Below, piece by piece: positions 38,788-48,812 of a stretch of DNA of 64,000 bases; the first letter of the stretch is position 1, and each line of letters opens with the position of its first letter. The stretch lies in sequence record PV252060.1. One strand, 5' to 3'. This stretch comes from Escherichia phage nithesis. Both the position numbers and the translations under genes were made by a program. The notes under the pieces are model-generated. The model saw nothing but the letters and a program-made list of their open reading frames with translations, made no database searches and was not told the origin of the DNA.

Positions 38788-39540
38788 TTAAGCGTAATAT
38801 TCAGCCAGATGGTCTAAGAGTTTCTGGGCATCATTATCAATGTAAGTCTCGGACTTATCGAACATACCCATTGGGGAACGAAGTCGTTTACCAACAGACT
38901 TCTTGGTTGGACGGGTCTGGAATACGTGCTTATACCCTAAGTCACGTTCTTCTTCCGTAATTTCTAACATCTTGTTCCCATACTTCTCCAGTTCTTTGAT
39001 GTCTACACGTTCTGCGTAAACCACTGTAGAGAAGTAGGCTTCAAGCCCGTTATTCTTAAGAGAGCCTTTCACTGGGATGAACGTTTTCATCACACCGGCA
39101 GCTTCATCAAGTTCGTCTTTAGCATGAGCAGTAATAATTACTGGCTTACCAAACTTAACGACTTTTTGTTGCAGCAGTATCTTAAAGAACTGTGCAAAAT
39201 CTCCCCATGCTTTCTGCGTGTTTGCAGATGGCAGAACATACTGGGATTCCAGCATATCCATCATGAAGGTTGCTGAGTCAATGATGATGCCATCAACATC
39301 GTCTGCCATTTCTCCACCAGGAGATGCAACATCAAATGCTTCCCAGATTTGATAAGGGTCTTCAATGTTGTAGGTATTGAACTTATTACGGAAAGGCAGA
39401 CGTTTACCTGCTTCAGTATTCAGATAGAGCCAGCGTTCCTGGTTCCTGATGTTACGTAGTGATGCTGATTTACCACTTGCTGAGAAACCTGCAATCAGGA
39501 TTAGCTGAGTGTTCATATCATTGGGAATTACTTCGGACAT
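38788..39540 (-). CDS. P-loop ATPase (Sak4/RecA-like, N4 gp44-like)
   Basis: 250 aa; Walker A GFSASGKS near N-terminus, Walker B-like hydrophobic stretch ending in D (GIIIDSA). Confidence 0.5.
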   Translation of the reverse strand: MSEVIPNDMNTQLILIAGFSASGKSASLRNIRNQERWLYLNTEAGKRLPFRNKFNTYNIEDPYQIWEAFDVASPGGEMADDVDGIIIDSATFMMDMLESQYVLPSANTQKAWGDFAQFFKILLQQKVVKFGKPVIITAHAKDELDEAAGVMKTFIPVKGSLKNNGLEAYFSTVVYAERVDIKELEKYGNKMLEITEEERDLGYKHVFQTRPTKKSVGKRLRSPMGMFDKSETYIDNDAQKLLDHLAEYYA

Positions 39541-39596
39541 TATTTTTCCTCATTTAATTTAGGAGTCCTTCAAACCAAAGAAAGACTCCTGTTTGC

Positions 39597-41750
39597 TTAC
39601 TTGCCAGCGAAGCGTTTAGCCACGGTGACCATTACGGTTGCATTCAATTCATCATCTGGTAATGGATTAGCCAGCTTCTTATTGAATGAGTGGACGGCTT
39701 GCTGTACTTGGGCAAAATCCCAACCACTGTCAACCAATGCCAGTGCGTACTTAATCATTTGATTATTACGATTACCGGTAGCAATACGACTAGCGAACCA
39801 ACGCTCCAGATTATCCAACGACTGTACTTCCTTCATCTGGTTCTGGAACTGCTCGTTCTTACTAGTACGAGGAATAAAGTCACGCACGTCCAACAGATTT
39901 GCTTCAAGATTGTAATGATAGGAACCAGTCTCACAGGACATCCATTTCTTGGCTCGCTGGTTAGCAGATTCATCCGTTTCGAACGGTAGCCAAGACATAA
40001 CGTTATTCATGAACTCTTTGTACTCCTCGGTATCGAGGTGTAACTCATAGTTCATTGGAATAATCAATCGGAATCGGTTCTCTTCATCGGAATGACGCTT
40101 AGTGGTATAGGTCATGAACTTATATTCCTTCATTAGTTCATGGCACGTATGCAGTGGTACTCCACCATCACAGTCAATAACAATCATGTTAAATCCTGGA
40201 ATAACGTTCTCTTCAGAACGATGCCCATTCTTCATGTGATGGTTTACCCAGTGCATACCTGGAGCTTGGGTTAATACATGCAACTGATCGAACGGTACAC
40301 GCTCACCAATGTAGTCATAAGCAAAGCTATCACTATATGCCACTATCATCTCATTGATGTCAGTCTCTTTCAGAGTCTCACCACGGAAGAACTCAATACC
40401 TTCATTGAAGGTTTTCTTAATGATGATGTGCTGTTTGTAGCCCCATGCTGTAGCAAGAGTCATCATCTCATTACGGGCTGCATTGCCACTCTTATAGAAA
40501 GGCAATGACTCCAGTAAGTCAGCATGTGTCACTTCTTTACCTACAGAGGCAATGTACTTAGCCAGCTTCACATAGGCTTTCTCACGATTGAGAATACCCT
40601 GGAATGCTGCCCCGGATTCCTCTACAAGCAGAATTGCTTGTTTGAGGTGAGACATCTCAATGAATGAACTCTGGTCAATAAACGCCAGTGCTCCAGCCAG
40701 TTTAAGTGCTTTGAAGTAACGGTGGGAGATTTCAGCTTTACGAATTTCTTCGTGGTCAGCCATAGCTTCTGCTTGTTTCTCACAATCAATCTTGTAAGTA
40801 ATCAGAGCAATTCCCACAGCATCTTCCACAACCATCTTAAAGCCGAACAAGTTTGGATCAGCCAGACTATGGAAGTGGTTAGCCCATTTGCCAAGAGACT
40901 GTACGTTATCCTGCTTAATCAGGTTACGGTAGATTTCTTCTGGAGACATTGTTGCATGTGCTCGTTTGTCTAAATGCCCAATAGCAAACAGACAACGACG
41001 TGCATACCCTGTATCAAGGAAGTCATAGAACTGGTCTTCGGTCTGACCACCATCTAATAGCTTACTTGGTGTACCAAATAGCAACAGGTTAGCTGGAGTT
41101 TTACCATCCAGTTCTTCACCACGAACACTTTCAGCAGTGTTCTTGGTTAGCTTCTGCTTAACCTTACCCTGGTCATATAACTCCAGGAACAGGGTTAATA
41201 CATCAGTGTTAGCCAACAGGTTTGAACCAATCTCATCAATCTGAAGGTTGATTGAACCACACCCAGCCATTAACAGTTTATGTCGTAGCTGTTTAACTGC
41301 TGGTGGAGTACCAGAGTCAAACGTAAACGGATATGCTCCAGCACGTTTATATTCTGCTTCAACTTTATCAAACTCATCATTCTGGTCTGTACCTTGTCGA
41401 GCAGCACGTTCGTTAGCAATCTTCCATAAACGGTCATTTGCAATGACGGGCATGGTGTCTTCCATAAAGCGTTTACGGAAGCCAGTCATGAACCCGTCTT
41501 CAATAATATTTACCGAGTGACCTTTACCGAAGCCAGACGTTGCTAATGCCATAGCGTAAATGTTGACTGGTAAGTCACCACGGTCTTTAGTGACAATGGT
41601 TGCACCCATGCAGGATGCCATTTTAGCCAGGAAGTAGGCTACTTCGACACGGAAGAATCCTCTGTCGTTGTTTTGTGTCTTGTTACACAGCACGTCTACA
41701 ATTTCTTCAATTGCAGGGTGGTGAGTGACTCCGGTCAGGTCAATACTCAT
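39597..41750 (-). CDS. putative DNA primase (N4 gp43-like)
   Basis: About 717 aa; position between nuclease and ATPase genes matches N4-like replication module order; glycine-rich loop TSGFGKGHS; start moved to internal Met to abut upstream gene. Confidence 0.45.
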   Translation of the reverse strand: MSIDLTGVTHHPAIEEIVDVLCNKTQNNDRGFFRVEVAYFLAKMASCMGATIVTKDRGDLPVNIYAMALATSGFGKGHSVNIIEDGFMTGFRKRFMEDTMPVIANDRLWKIANERAARQGTDQNDEFDKVEAEYKRAGAYPFTFDSGTPPAVKQLRHKLLMAGCGSINLQIDEIGSNLLANTDVLTLFLELYDQGKVKQKLTKNTAESVRGEELDGKTPANLLLFGTPSKLLDGGQTEDQFYDFLDTGYARRCLFAIGHLDKRAHATMSPEEIYRNLIKQDNVQSLGKWANHFHSLADPNLFGFKMVVEDAVGIALITYKIDCEKQAEAMADHEEIRKAEISHRYFKALKLAGALAFIDQSSFIEMSHLKQAILLVEESGAAFQGILNREKAYVKLAKYIASVGKEVTHADLLESLPFYKSGNAARNEMMTLATAWGYKQHIIIKKTFNEGIEFFRGETLKETDINEMIVAYSDSFAYDYIGERVPFDQLHVLTQAPGMHWVNHHMKNGHRSEENVIPGFNMIVIDCDGGVPLHTCHELMKEYKFMTYTTKRHSDEENRFRLIIPMNYELHLDTEEYKEFMNNVMSWLPFETDESANQRAKKWMSCETGSYHYNLEANLLDVRDFIPRTSKNEQFQNQMKEVQSLDNLERWFASRIATGNRNNQMIKYALALVDSGWDFAQVQQAVHSFNKKLANPLPDDELNATVMVTVAKRFAGK

Positions 41751-42727
41751 GATGGAAAATATCTCTCTCTTTGTTTGCAAATGGACGCGACAGGGCAGTA
41801 TAGACAACGCTTAACCTGCCCCTCCACGACCTTGATAGCACCCTTGCCACCTTTTTCAGCCATGAAGATACGAGCAGATGCCATATCGTCAAAGTTTTTG
41901 GTACTTCTGGCTCCAGGTACATCTACCTTAGAAGCATCAGAGAAGTATTTGAACTGTGGCTCTGTTCGCCACAACTCTTCATCAGTACATTCAGGAATTT
42001 CCTCTTCAGGAGCATTCCAGTACTTCTCAATAAGGTGAATCTTCTCTTCTACCCAACGTTCAGTCTTCTCGACAGATAGCAACGGAATATCCTTATGCAT
42101 AATACGATTAGCAGGATAGTTCGGATTGCTATTAGCCATATGCTTCATGAAGTCAGTGAAGATGTAGTTAATACGAATTACATCCTCGGTAATGATGTCG
42201 TTGTGAATCCAACGGTACAAGCTGCCTTGCATCTTGTGTTCATCATCACGGGAACCAGCAACCCAGGAATAGGTTGAGGTAGACTTAAAGTCCTGCAACA
42301 GACCTTCTGTTACGATGTCGAACTTACCACCAATAGTCCAACCCTTAACTACCCTGGTTCCACGCTGTTCAATGTAGATTGGGATAAGGTCAGGGTTAGC
42401 ATCAAAGTCTGCTTTGGTTGGGTTAATGACTACTGCATCAATTACTCGCTGAGGATAACCCAGTTTCTTCAATGCAGTTTTATGACCCAGCTTCCAGGCT
42501 TTCTCAATAGAATCATGTAAACCAGTACCCATTGATGTGGAGACGAAATCCATAACATCAATTGACTGGTCACTAAGATCTACACGATGTTTCATGACGA
42601 TTTGCTTAATAGGCTTAAGCAATGTAGTAACAGACAAATACTTAGGATTGTCTACGTAATCATACTCGTCATGTAATAGCCATACAGCCAGGGCCAGTGA
42701 GACATCATGGTTGTTGGTTATCTTCAT
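41747..42727 (-). CDS. PD-(D/E)XK-family exonuclease with C-terminal Cys cluster (Cas4/RecB-like)
   Basis: 326 aa; C-terminal CTDEEL...CLYCPVASIC cysteine cluster typical of Fe-S-containing RecB/Cas4-type nucleases; in replication module. Confidence 0.45.
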   Translation of the reverse strand: MKITNNHDVSLALAVWLLHDEYDYVDNPKYLSVTTLLKPIKQIVMKHRVDLSDQSIDVMDFVSTSMGTGLHDSIEKAWKLGHKTALKKLGYPQRVIDAVVINPTKADFDANPDLIPIYIEQRGTRVVKGWTIGGKFDIVTEGLLQDFKSTSTYSWVAGSRDDEHKMQGSLYRWIHNDIITEDVIRINYIFTDFMKHMANSNPNYPANRIMHKDIPLLSVEKTERWVEEKIHLIEKYWNAPEEEIPECTDEELWRTEPQFKYFSDASKVDVPGARSTKNFDDMASARIFMAEKGGKGAIKVVEGQVKRCLYCPVASICKQRERYFPS

Positions 42728-43194
42728 CAGTAGGTAATCCTGTATTTATGCACCTGGTTCCAGCGAATACCCTCTACCTCATCGAAGTTATAGCTGACTA
42801 TATTATCTAGCTCACCTTTGTACGCTACCTCAATGAACTGAAAGTTTGTTGTTATATAAGGCTTCCCATTTCCTGGGTAATGCCAGCATCTCCCAATAGC
42901 AGTGGTATCTGTGGCAGGAAATTCATCTACTAACTTCTCCTTAGTAAGAATACGATTAGCGTAATGAACTAGCTTTTCAGCGTCATATACTGAAGTGTTT
43001 CCTGGTTTACCATTACCCATACGGGCAGCAGCATTTCGCCATAGAGCTTTAAAGGCACAACCTTCATCGAAGGTCATGCCCAGTGCTTGGATAATATCCT
43101 CACACTCCGCTTGATATGGCTCTTGCTCTTTCCGTTGAGGGTGCTTAACCAGTACTACATACCAGTTATTCAATCCACCGGAGAGCTTAGCCAT
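42727..43194 (-). CDS. hypothetical protein
   Basis: 155-aa ORF, start/stop coupled to neighbours. Confidence 0.35.
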   Translation of the reverse strand: MAKLSGGLNNWYVVLVKHPQRKEQEPYQAECEDIIQALGMTFDEGCAFKALWRNAAARMGNGKPGNTSVYDAEKLVHYANRILTKEKLVDEFPATDTTAIGRCWHYPGNGKPYITTNFQFIEVAYKGELDNIVSYNFDEVEGIRWNQVHKYRITY

Positions 43195-43499
43195 TACTTC
43201 TCCTTAGGAATCATGTTTGCCTGGAACTCTGGTTCAGACATCAGACCCAGGTTGCTAAGAGACAGGTAAACAATGTCTTTCAAGTCAACTGAGGTATCGA
43301 AGCGTTGGTCCAGACTAATTTTCAGGGAGTGATTGGCACGGGCCAAATCTTTATAGGTCACATAAGGTTCATCAGTGAGCAACATTGTGTTCATGGTAAG
43401 CAGGGAACCATCATCCACTTTAGGAAGCTGGAAGACTACCTGTGCTGCTACCATCCAATGATATTTTCTGACTACGGTTTCTTTAGTACTTTTGGTCAT
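43194..43499 (-). CDS. hypothetical protein
   Basis: 101-aa ORF overlapping neighbours by 1-4 nt. Confidence 0.35.
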   Translation of the reverse strand: MTKSTKETVVRKYHWMVAAQVVFQLPKVDDGSLLTMNTMLLTDEPYVTYKDLARANHSLKISLDQRFDTSVDLKDIVYLSLSNLGLMSEPEFQANMIPKEK

Positions 43500-46075
43500 G
43501 CGAATGCCTTTTGAATTATTTGATGAACTTCTTCTGGGGTAGCGTGATTTGGAATTTCAATCTCGTTAGCCCACGTTGGGTAGAACAAGGATAGTTCCCC
43601 ACCCAAACCAACCTCTGGGTGAGCAATATCAGGATGGTCTTGCCAGTTAACGGCCTCAACCAGATGCTTGTTCGTGAACTGCAAGGTATCCATGTTGTCA
43701 CGAATCATGAAGTACTGAGCATCATGAATGTGAATACTAGGACGTATATCTAACCTGAACTCACTGGCTCTGACTTTACGCATAAATTCTGAACCAGCAC
43801 GGTTATTTAGTAGACACCAGCTTTGCCCTAAAGCATTACCAGCAGTTCTACCTTCTGCTTCTGCTTCATACGGAGTCTTACATGTCCCACGTAAAACCTG
43901 AGCCAGTAAAGGAGTACGCACTCTCAAACCGAATGCGGCAGTAACATAACCAGTTTTGGCAGCCTCGTCTAGTTTAGCCTGAACCCACTGGTCGCTAACT
44001 ACATAGAGATCGTGATAACGTTTCTCTGTAGTCTTAGCCTTCTCTTCAGAGAAGCCACAGTTTTTCATTAAGCCCATATAAGTACCACCATAGGTAAGCA
44101 AGAAGGTTGGAGCCTTCGAGTCACTACGCAATGATTTGTACTTATGCTGAATGGAGTTAATGGATTCTACAGTATCTACTATGTCTGGCATCTGCTCACC
44201 AAAGTAAGCATATGCACGGAGACTGTGACCATCATAGCCATCGGTATACACCTTGAGCTTCTGTGGGTCTTTAGTAGTCAGTGCAGATATTCTGTCTTCC
44301 AGCGAGGCGAAATCCAAGCCGCAAAATATCCAGCCTGGAGGAGCTTCGAAGCATTTCTTAATCTTCTTGGCATATTTAGAGCCGGATGGAATTGTTTGTA
44401 GATTTGGCTCTGAAGCCGATAACCTACCGGAGACTGTGCCTCCCAGATTGAGGTTACCGAACAGGTAGTGCCAGCCGTCCGGTCCCGGTTGGGCATTCCG
44501 GAAAGCTGGTATAAAGCTAGTGATAATCTTATCCACGAGCTTATAGTCGATAAGTGCATTGAGCAGTTCCTTAACATCTTCACTCTGCGTATGTGTACGC
44601 AGTGCTTTAATAGTGTCACCGTCAGTAGCAGGTTGCTTGCTCTTGGTAAGACCAAGAACCGGTAAGCCAATATAATCAAATAACAGTTTTTGTAATTGTG
44701 GACCGGAGTTAGGATTAAACTCGATGTCACAATCAGCAAGTGTTACTTGTTTCTTCTTCAGCTTAGCATTCTTATCGTCTACCCATTCCTGACGGAGCAT
44801 CAGGGTGAAGTTCTTCATGAGCTTAGACTCACGAATAGTTTTCAGAGCCTGGTTCCTGTCAGTTTCCATCTCCTTAGCTACCTGGTTAACGGTATCCATA
44901 TTCATGGGCATACCGGTTAACTGCATCTGGATGATGTCTTCACAAGCTGGTTTAAAGATGTTGTTGTAAACATCTAGTTGGTCATCTGCAATGAGAGTAT
45001 CCCAGTGCTTCTCATAGGTGTACCAGGTACACAAACCATCAATGAGGTTGTAGCGTAACAGTTGCTCATTAGGTATAAGACGGATGTCTTTAATATCATC
45101 CTGAGCATAGTTACCAGCATACTCCTGAGCCTGGTCTTTCAGACTAAGATGATTACCAGCACAACTATTAGTAGCCAGGTAGGTTATTAACTTAGTACAG
45201 TCCCAGTTGCGTAGCATGATCTCCATGCCATGCAGTAAGCCTTCCGTATCAATCAGGTTATCCATGAATAACTGATAGATAAGCACATACACGTCATAGC
45301 TAATGTTGTGATACATCTGCCGTTGGGTGTACTTAATGAAGAACTCACGTAGAAGATTTCGAACAATATCATTTCTGTTAATACGACCGTAGGGTGCTTC
45401 AGTAGCCCCAGGAATTGGCTCGTAGTCCACATTAAAGGCTATGCCTTGCGTCTTACTCCAACAGAATGTAATTGTTCCTATACCGGCGTTATAGTGCTTT
45501 AAACCGAATGCTTCGATGTCTATAGCCAGTGGCTTATTCATCTCAAGCAGTTGGTCTAACCAGGCTTTAATCTTCTCTGGAGTATCCGGGTAGGCTTCAA
45601 ACTCAATGATTCCCTGACCTGGTTCAGCATATTGCCCACGTATGTGGTTAAGTAATGCATCCATACCCTGAGCAATCTTGGACTTCACTACAGGTGGGTC
45701 ATAAAATACCTGCCTGTAGCTAGGTGCATAGATAACCTTCTGCTTACCCCATACTGAGTCACAAACATAGCCGAGGTTGGCCTCTGCTTTAGCCTCTTTA
45801 GTCAGTATTTTGAAGTAATCGGAATCGGTACAGATAATGTACTGAGTCTCTGCATCATCCAGTACTTGTTGTAGTTCCTGCTGTATGAACTCCTTAATCT
45901 CCCTTGCGGGAGTCTTCTTCTTGCCAGGGGCAGAATGAAGTTCAATGAAGATGAAATCTTCCATGCTTAGGTCATTAGGCAGCAGGTAGGTTTTAATCAT
46001 CTCCTCCCTTCGGATTTGATGACCGAGGATAGCAATAGGATACTTACCCGTATCTTGAGAGGTGATGTAACGCAT
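43496..46075 (-). CDS. family A DNA polymerase with 3-prime-5-prime exonuclease domain
   Basis: 859 aa; motif A-like LDFASLEDRI, motif B-like RSDSKAPTFLLTYGGTY, motif C-like IHIHDAQYF. Confidence 0.8.
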   Translation of the reverse strand: MRYITSQDTGKYPIAILGHQIRREEMIKTYLLPNDLSMEDFIFIELHSAPGKKKTPAREIKEFIQQELQQVLDDAETQYIICTDSDYFKILTKEAKAEANLGYVCDSVWGKQKVIYAPSYRQVFYDPPVVKSKIAQGMDALLNHIRGQYAEPGQGIIEFEAYPDTPEKIKAWLDQLLEMNKPLAIDIEAFGLKHYNAGIGTITFCWSKTQGIAFNVDYEPIPGATEAPYGRINRNDIVRNLLREFFIKYTQRQMYHNISYDVYVLIYQLFMDNLIDTEGLLHGMEIMLRNWDCTKLITYLATNSCAGNHLSLKDQAQEYAGNYAQDDIKDIRLIPNEQLLRYNLIDGLCTWYTYEKHWDTLIADDQLDVYNNIFKPACEDIIQMQLTGMPMNMDTVNQVAKEMETDRNQALKTIRESKLMKNFTLMLRQEWVDDKNAKLKKKQVTLADCDIEFNPNSGPQLQKLLFDYIGLPVLGLTKSKQPATDGDTIKALRTHTQSEDVKELLNALIDYKLVDKIITSFIPAFRNAQPGPDGWHYLFGNLNLGGTVSGRLSASEPNLQTIPSGSKYAKKIKKCFEAPPGWIFCGLDFASLEDRISALTTKDPQKLKVYTDGYDGHSLRAYAYFGEQMPDIVDTVESINSIQHKYKSLRSDSKAPTFLLTYGGTYMGLMKNCGFSEEKAKTTEKRYHDLYVVSDQWVQAKLDEAAKTGYVTAAFGLRVRTPLLAQVLRGTCKTPYEAEAEGRTAGNALGQSWCLLNNRAGSEFMRKVRASEFRLDIRPSIHIHDAQYFMIRDNMDTLQFTNKHLVEAVNWQDHPDIAHPEVGLGGELSLFYPTWANEIEIPNHATPEEVHQIIQKAFA

Positions 46076-46084
46076 AGCTTTACC

Positions 46085-46615
46085 TTAGAAAATCAGATGG
46101 GAAGCTGCATAGTACTCAATAGAAGGCAGAATCTTCTCATACTGTTTGATTGCCATAGCATCACCAGCAAGTGTCCAGGCTGCTTCACGAGTACGTGGCA
46201 GTTCCTTGTACTTGCCAGTCTGGTCCTGGGCTACCAGGCATTCAGGCAAAGCATCACGTACATCCTGATAAGACATACAACCACGAACCAGACGATATAC
46301 AGTCTGGTTCACAAGGTGTACTTCCATAATCAGACGACTGGAGGCTTTCAGATACTTGTCCATTGCAGGCCATAGTTCTGGATTAAGTGTTAATCGTTCA
46401 CCGTAGGTTGGAGGTCTGGCAGCATTAGAACGCTGATAGAACTCTCCCTGATAAAGGAATCCAGCCGATACATCAATACCATTGATACGGTCATTCTTAT
46501 CAATGATACCGTTTAACACACTATCAAGACGAACCAGTTCTGCTAAGAACAGGTGTTTGACTATCTCACTGCTATTGGCAACTTGACTAATAGTCGCTGA
46601 ACCAATCTGAGGCAT
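46085..46615 (-). CDS. hypothetical protein
   Basis: 176-aa ORF between helicase and polymerase genes. Confidence 0.35.
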   Translation of the reverse strand: MPQIGSATISQVANSSEIVKHLFLAELVRLDSVLNGIIDKNDRINGIDVSAGFLYQGEFYQRSNAARPPTYGERLTLNPELWPAMDKYLKASSRLIMEVHLVNQTVYRLVRGCMSYQDVRDALPECLVAQDQTGKYKELPRTREAAWTLAGDAMAIKQYEKILPSIEYYAASHLIF

Positions 46616-46625
46616 ATACCCTCCC

Positions 46626-47936
46626 TTAGAAAGTTAGACCACCATACTTACTGGCAAGATTTCCATAGAACACTACTCGCTTACGGGCACGAGACACAGC
46701 GACGTAAAGCAGACGAGCAACCATATCAGGTTGGCGACAGCTTGAGAGGTCATCTGCATCAATGAAGATTGTGTCGTAAGTAGAGCCTTGTGATTTATGG
46801 ACAGTACATGCATGAGTAGCACGTAAGTCTGGAATGGTTTCTTTAAGACGAAAGTAAGGTTCCCAGTTCTTCTCTTTACCTAGCCACTTAACCAAACGGT
46901 TGAAGTATTCCGGGTCAGTAGGTACTGGAACTTCGCTTACAATACCACCATAACCAAGGTCCAGAGTACTATCACGAACTTCCAGTTCCAGATCACCTGT
47001 AACCTTAATCATGCGAGTACTGCTATCCTGGTCGATGAGTTTTACGTCTTGCTCGATAGACAGACGGTCATCCACCCCCAAGCGAACAGCAGAGTTAGAT
47101 ACTAGCTGTTCACCAATGGAGTACTCGCCCACGTAGCCATTAGCTTCACGAATGTAGTTATTGTAATTAATAACCTGGTCATTTGTGTAAGCAACAATAC
47201 GGCTATTGGTAGGCTGAGTGAAGTGACTGAGAACCAGTTTCTCCATCTCTTCTCCCTGTACCCAGTCAATAATGCCTGGAATACATTTAATGGGCAGGAA
47301 TCCTGTCTTACCTTCTACCGTATCACGCAATTGCTGGTGCAATGCTTTGAGTTCCGGTGCATCGGTACGCATCTGTTCAGTCAGATAGTGTGTTGGGATA
47401 TTACCTGCATATACAGGAGACTTATTCTCTTTAACAGGTAGAAGCTGAGAAGCATCTCCTACGAATACCAGTTTGCACTGGTGAGTACCTTCACGAGCAT
47501 ACTTAAGTAACTGACGGTCAATCATGGATGCTTCGTCTACGAAGATGATTTTGTTCTTCTTAATATTGAATGATTTAGAAGGTACGACATTAGCCTCACC
47601 AGTCTTAAAGTCATTCTTAACAATCAATCCCTGGAAGGAATGATAGGTAGATGTTGGACGTCCAGTAGCCTGAGCCAGAACTTCAGCAGCTTTGTTCGTG
47701 GTCGCAGTCATAACAACTTCGTTATACAGGGGCTTGGTTCCCATCAGGGAGCAAGTTTCCATATATGCAGGCATAGTGTCATCAATGAGGTGCGACATCA
47801 GGAATGTCTTGCCAGTTCCCCCTGGGCCACTAATATTGAATTCGGTAGCATTAGGGTCGAGCAGGAAGTCGAAGAACTCCTTCGCAACCGCTTCTTGCCC
47901 CTTGTTCAGCGGGGCTTTGGTAGGTTTGGAAAACAT
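46626..47936 (-). CDS. SF1 DNA helicase (Dda/RecD-like)
   Basis: 436 aa; Walker A GPGGTGKT, Walker B FVDEASMI, C-terminal CTVHKSQGSTYDTIFI motif typical of RecD/Dda helicases. Confidence 0.7.
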   Translation of the reverse strand: MFSKPTKAPLNKGQEAVAKEFFDFLLDPNATEFNISGPGGTGKTFLMSHLIDDTMPAYMETCSLMGTKPLYNEVVMTATTNKAAEVLAQATGRPTSTYHSFQGLIVKNDFKTGEANVVPSKSFNIKKNKIIFVDEASMIDRQLLKYAREGTHQCKLVFVGDASQLLPVKENKSPVYAGNIPTHYLTEQMRTDAPELKALHQQLRDTVEGKTGFLPIKCIPGIIDWVQGEEMEKLVLSHFTQPTNSRIVAYTNDQVINYNNYIREANGYVGEYSIGEQLVSNSAVRLGVDDRLSIEQDVKLIDQDSSTRMIKVTGDLELEVRDSTLDLGYGGIVSEVPVPTDPEYFNRLVKWLGKEKNWEPYFRLKETIPDLRATHACTVHKSQGSTYDTIFIDADDLSSCRQPDMVARLLYVAVSRARKRVVFYGNLASKYGGLTF

Positions 47937-47969
47937 TAAAATCTCCAGTAAAAAACCCTCCGTAGAGGG

Positions 47970-48437
47970 TTAGATGTAAGGGGTTAAATCCGGGGGAGTG
48001 TAGTCTTTCCCTTTCATAACTTTCTTATTCTCGTTGAAGACAGGTTCTCCATCTTCAAACTTAGAATAGTTTGAGCGATTGACTTCAGCCAATGCTCCAG
48101 GGACATTCATCCCAAGGAAAGTACCGACGCCAGTTGCTGTAACAATCTGGTCTGCCAGTGAATCCAGCAAAGCTAAGCGATTGTTATTAGCTGGGAAGAT
48201 AGCCATGTGGTTTGTTTTCATCAGCAGAGATAATTTACCCAAAGCAGCCTGTGCATCGGCTAACACTTGCATACTATCCTCACTGGATGGGGTTAACTCA
48301 TCTAACATTTCACATACTTCTTCCAGATGGCAACCAATCTGGGTACTAATGTTCTTACTTGTCGGATTTGGTACTGCTTTCCGGAACCAGGCTTCCGTAT
48401 TTACCAGCGTACAAACGGATGAACTTGTCATGCTCAC
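47970..48437 (-). CDS. MazG-like nucleotide pyrophosphohydrolase (tentative)
   Basis: 155 aa; acidic helix motif HLEEVCEMLDEL and later LLDSLADQIV resemble the EExxE/D metal-binding helices of all-alpha NTP pyrophosphatases. Confidence 0.3.
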   Translation of the reverse strand: MSMTSSSVCTLVNTEAWFRKAVPNPTSKNISTQIGCHLEEVCEMLDELTPSSEDSMQVLADAQAALGKLSLLMKTNHMAIFPANNNRLALLDSLADQIVTATGVGTFLGMNVPGALAEVNRSNYSKFEDGEPVFNENKKVMKGKDYTPPDLTPYI

Positions 48438-48750
48438 TCTCTTGGTTAAGGTGGCGATTGTTATATGCCTCCAGAATCAAGTCTCTTACATATGAGCGAA
48501 TCTCATAAGCAGGACCAACTTGTTCTGACAGCCAATCAGCCACATGGGTTGGTAAAGGACGTAATACGTTTTCCATGAACGTCCGACGTGTGTCGGCTGG
48601 TTCAATGTTTAGAGAACGCAATCGCAAAGTAACCGTAGTGGGGTGAACCCCCAACGTCTTAGCGATAGTTGCGAGGGACATACCAACAGCATTCATACGA
48701 ATGATGTCTTCATCAGTTGCTTTGCGATTACTTCTGAATACTTTAGACAT
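48355..48750 (-). CDS. putative HTH DNA-binding protein
   Basis: 131 aa; MSLATIAKTLGVHPTTVTLRL resembles a helix-turn-helix; its end overlaps the start of the gene at 47970-48437. Confidence 0.35.
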   Translation of the reverse strand: MSKVFRSNRKATDEDIIRMNAVGMSLATIAKTLGVHPTTVTLRLRSLNIEPADTRRTFMENVLRPLPTHVADWLSEQVGPAYEIRSYVRDLILEAYNNRHLNQESEHDKFIRLYAGKYGSLVPESSTKSDK

Positions 48751-48812
48751 AGCTTATTTCCTCTTCAAAGATAGCCTCACTTTATTATAAGTGAGGCTAT
48801 TTGAACAGGCTA

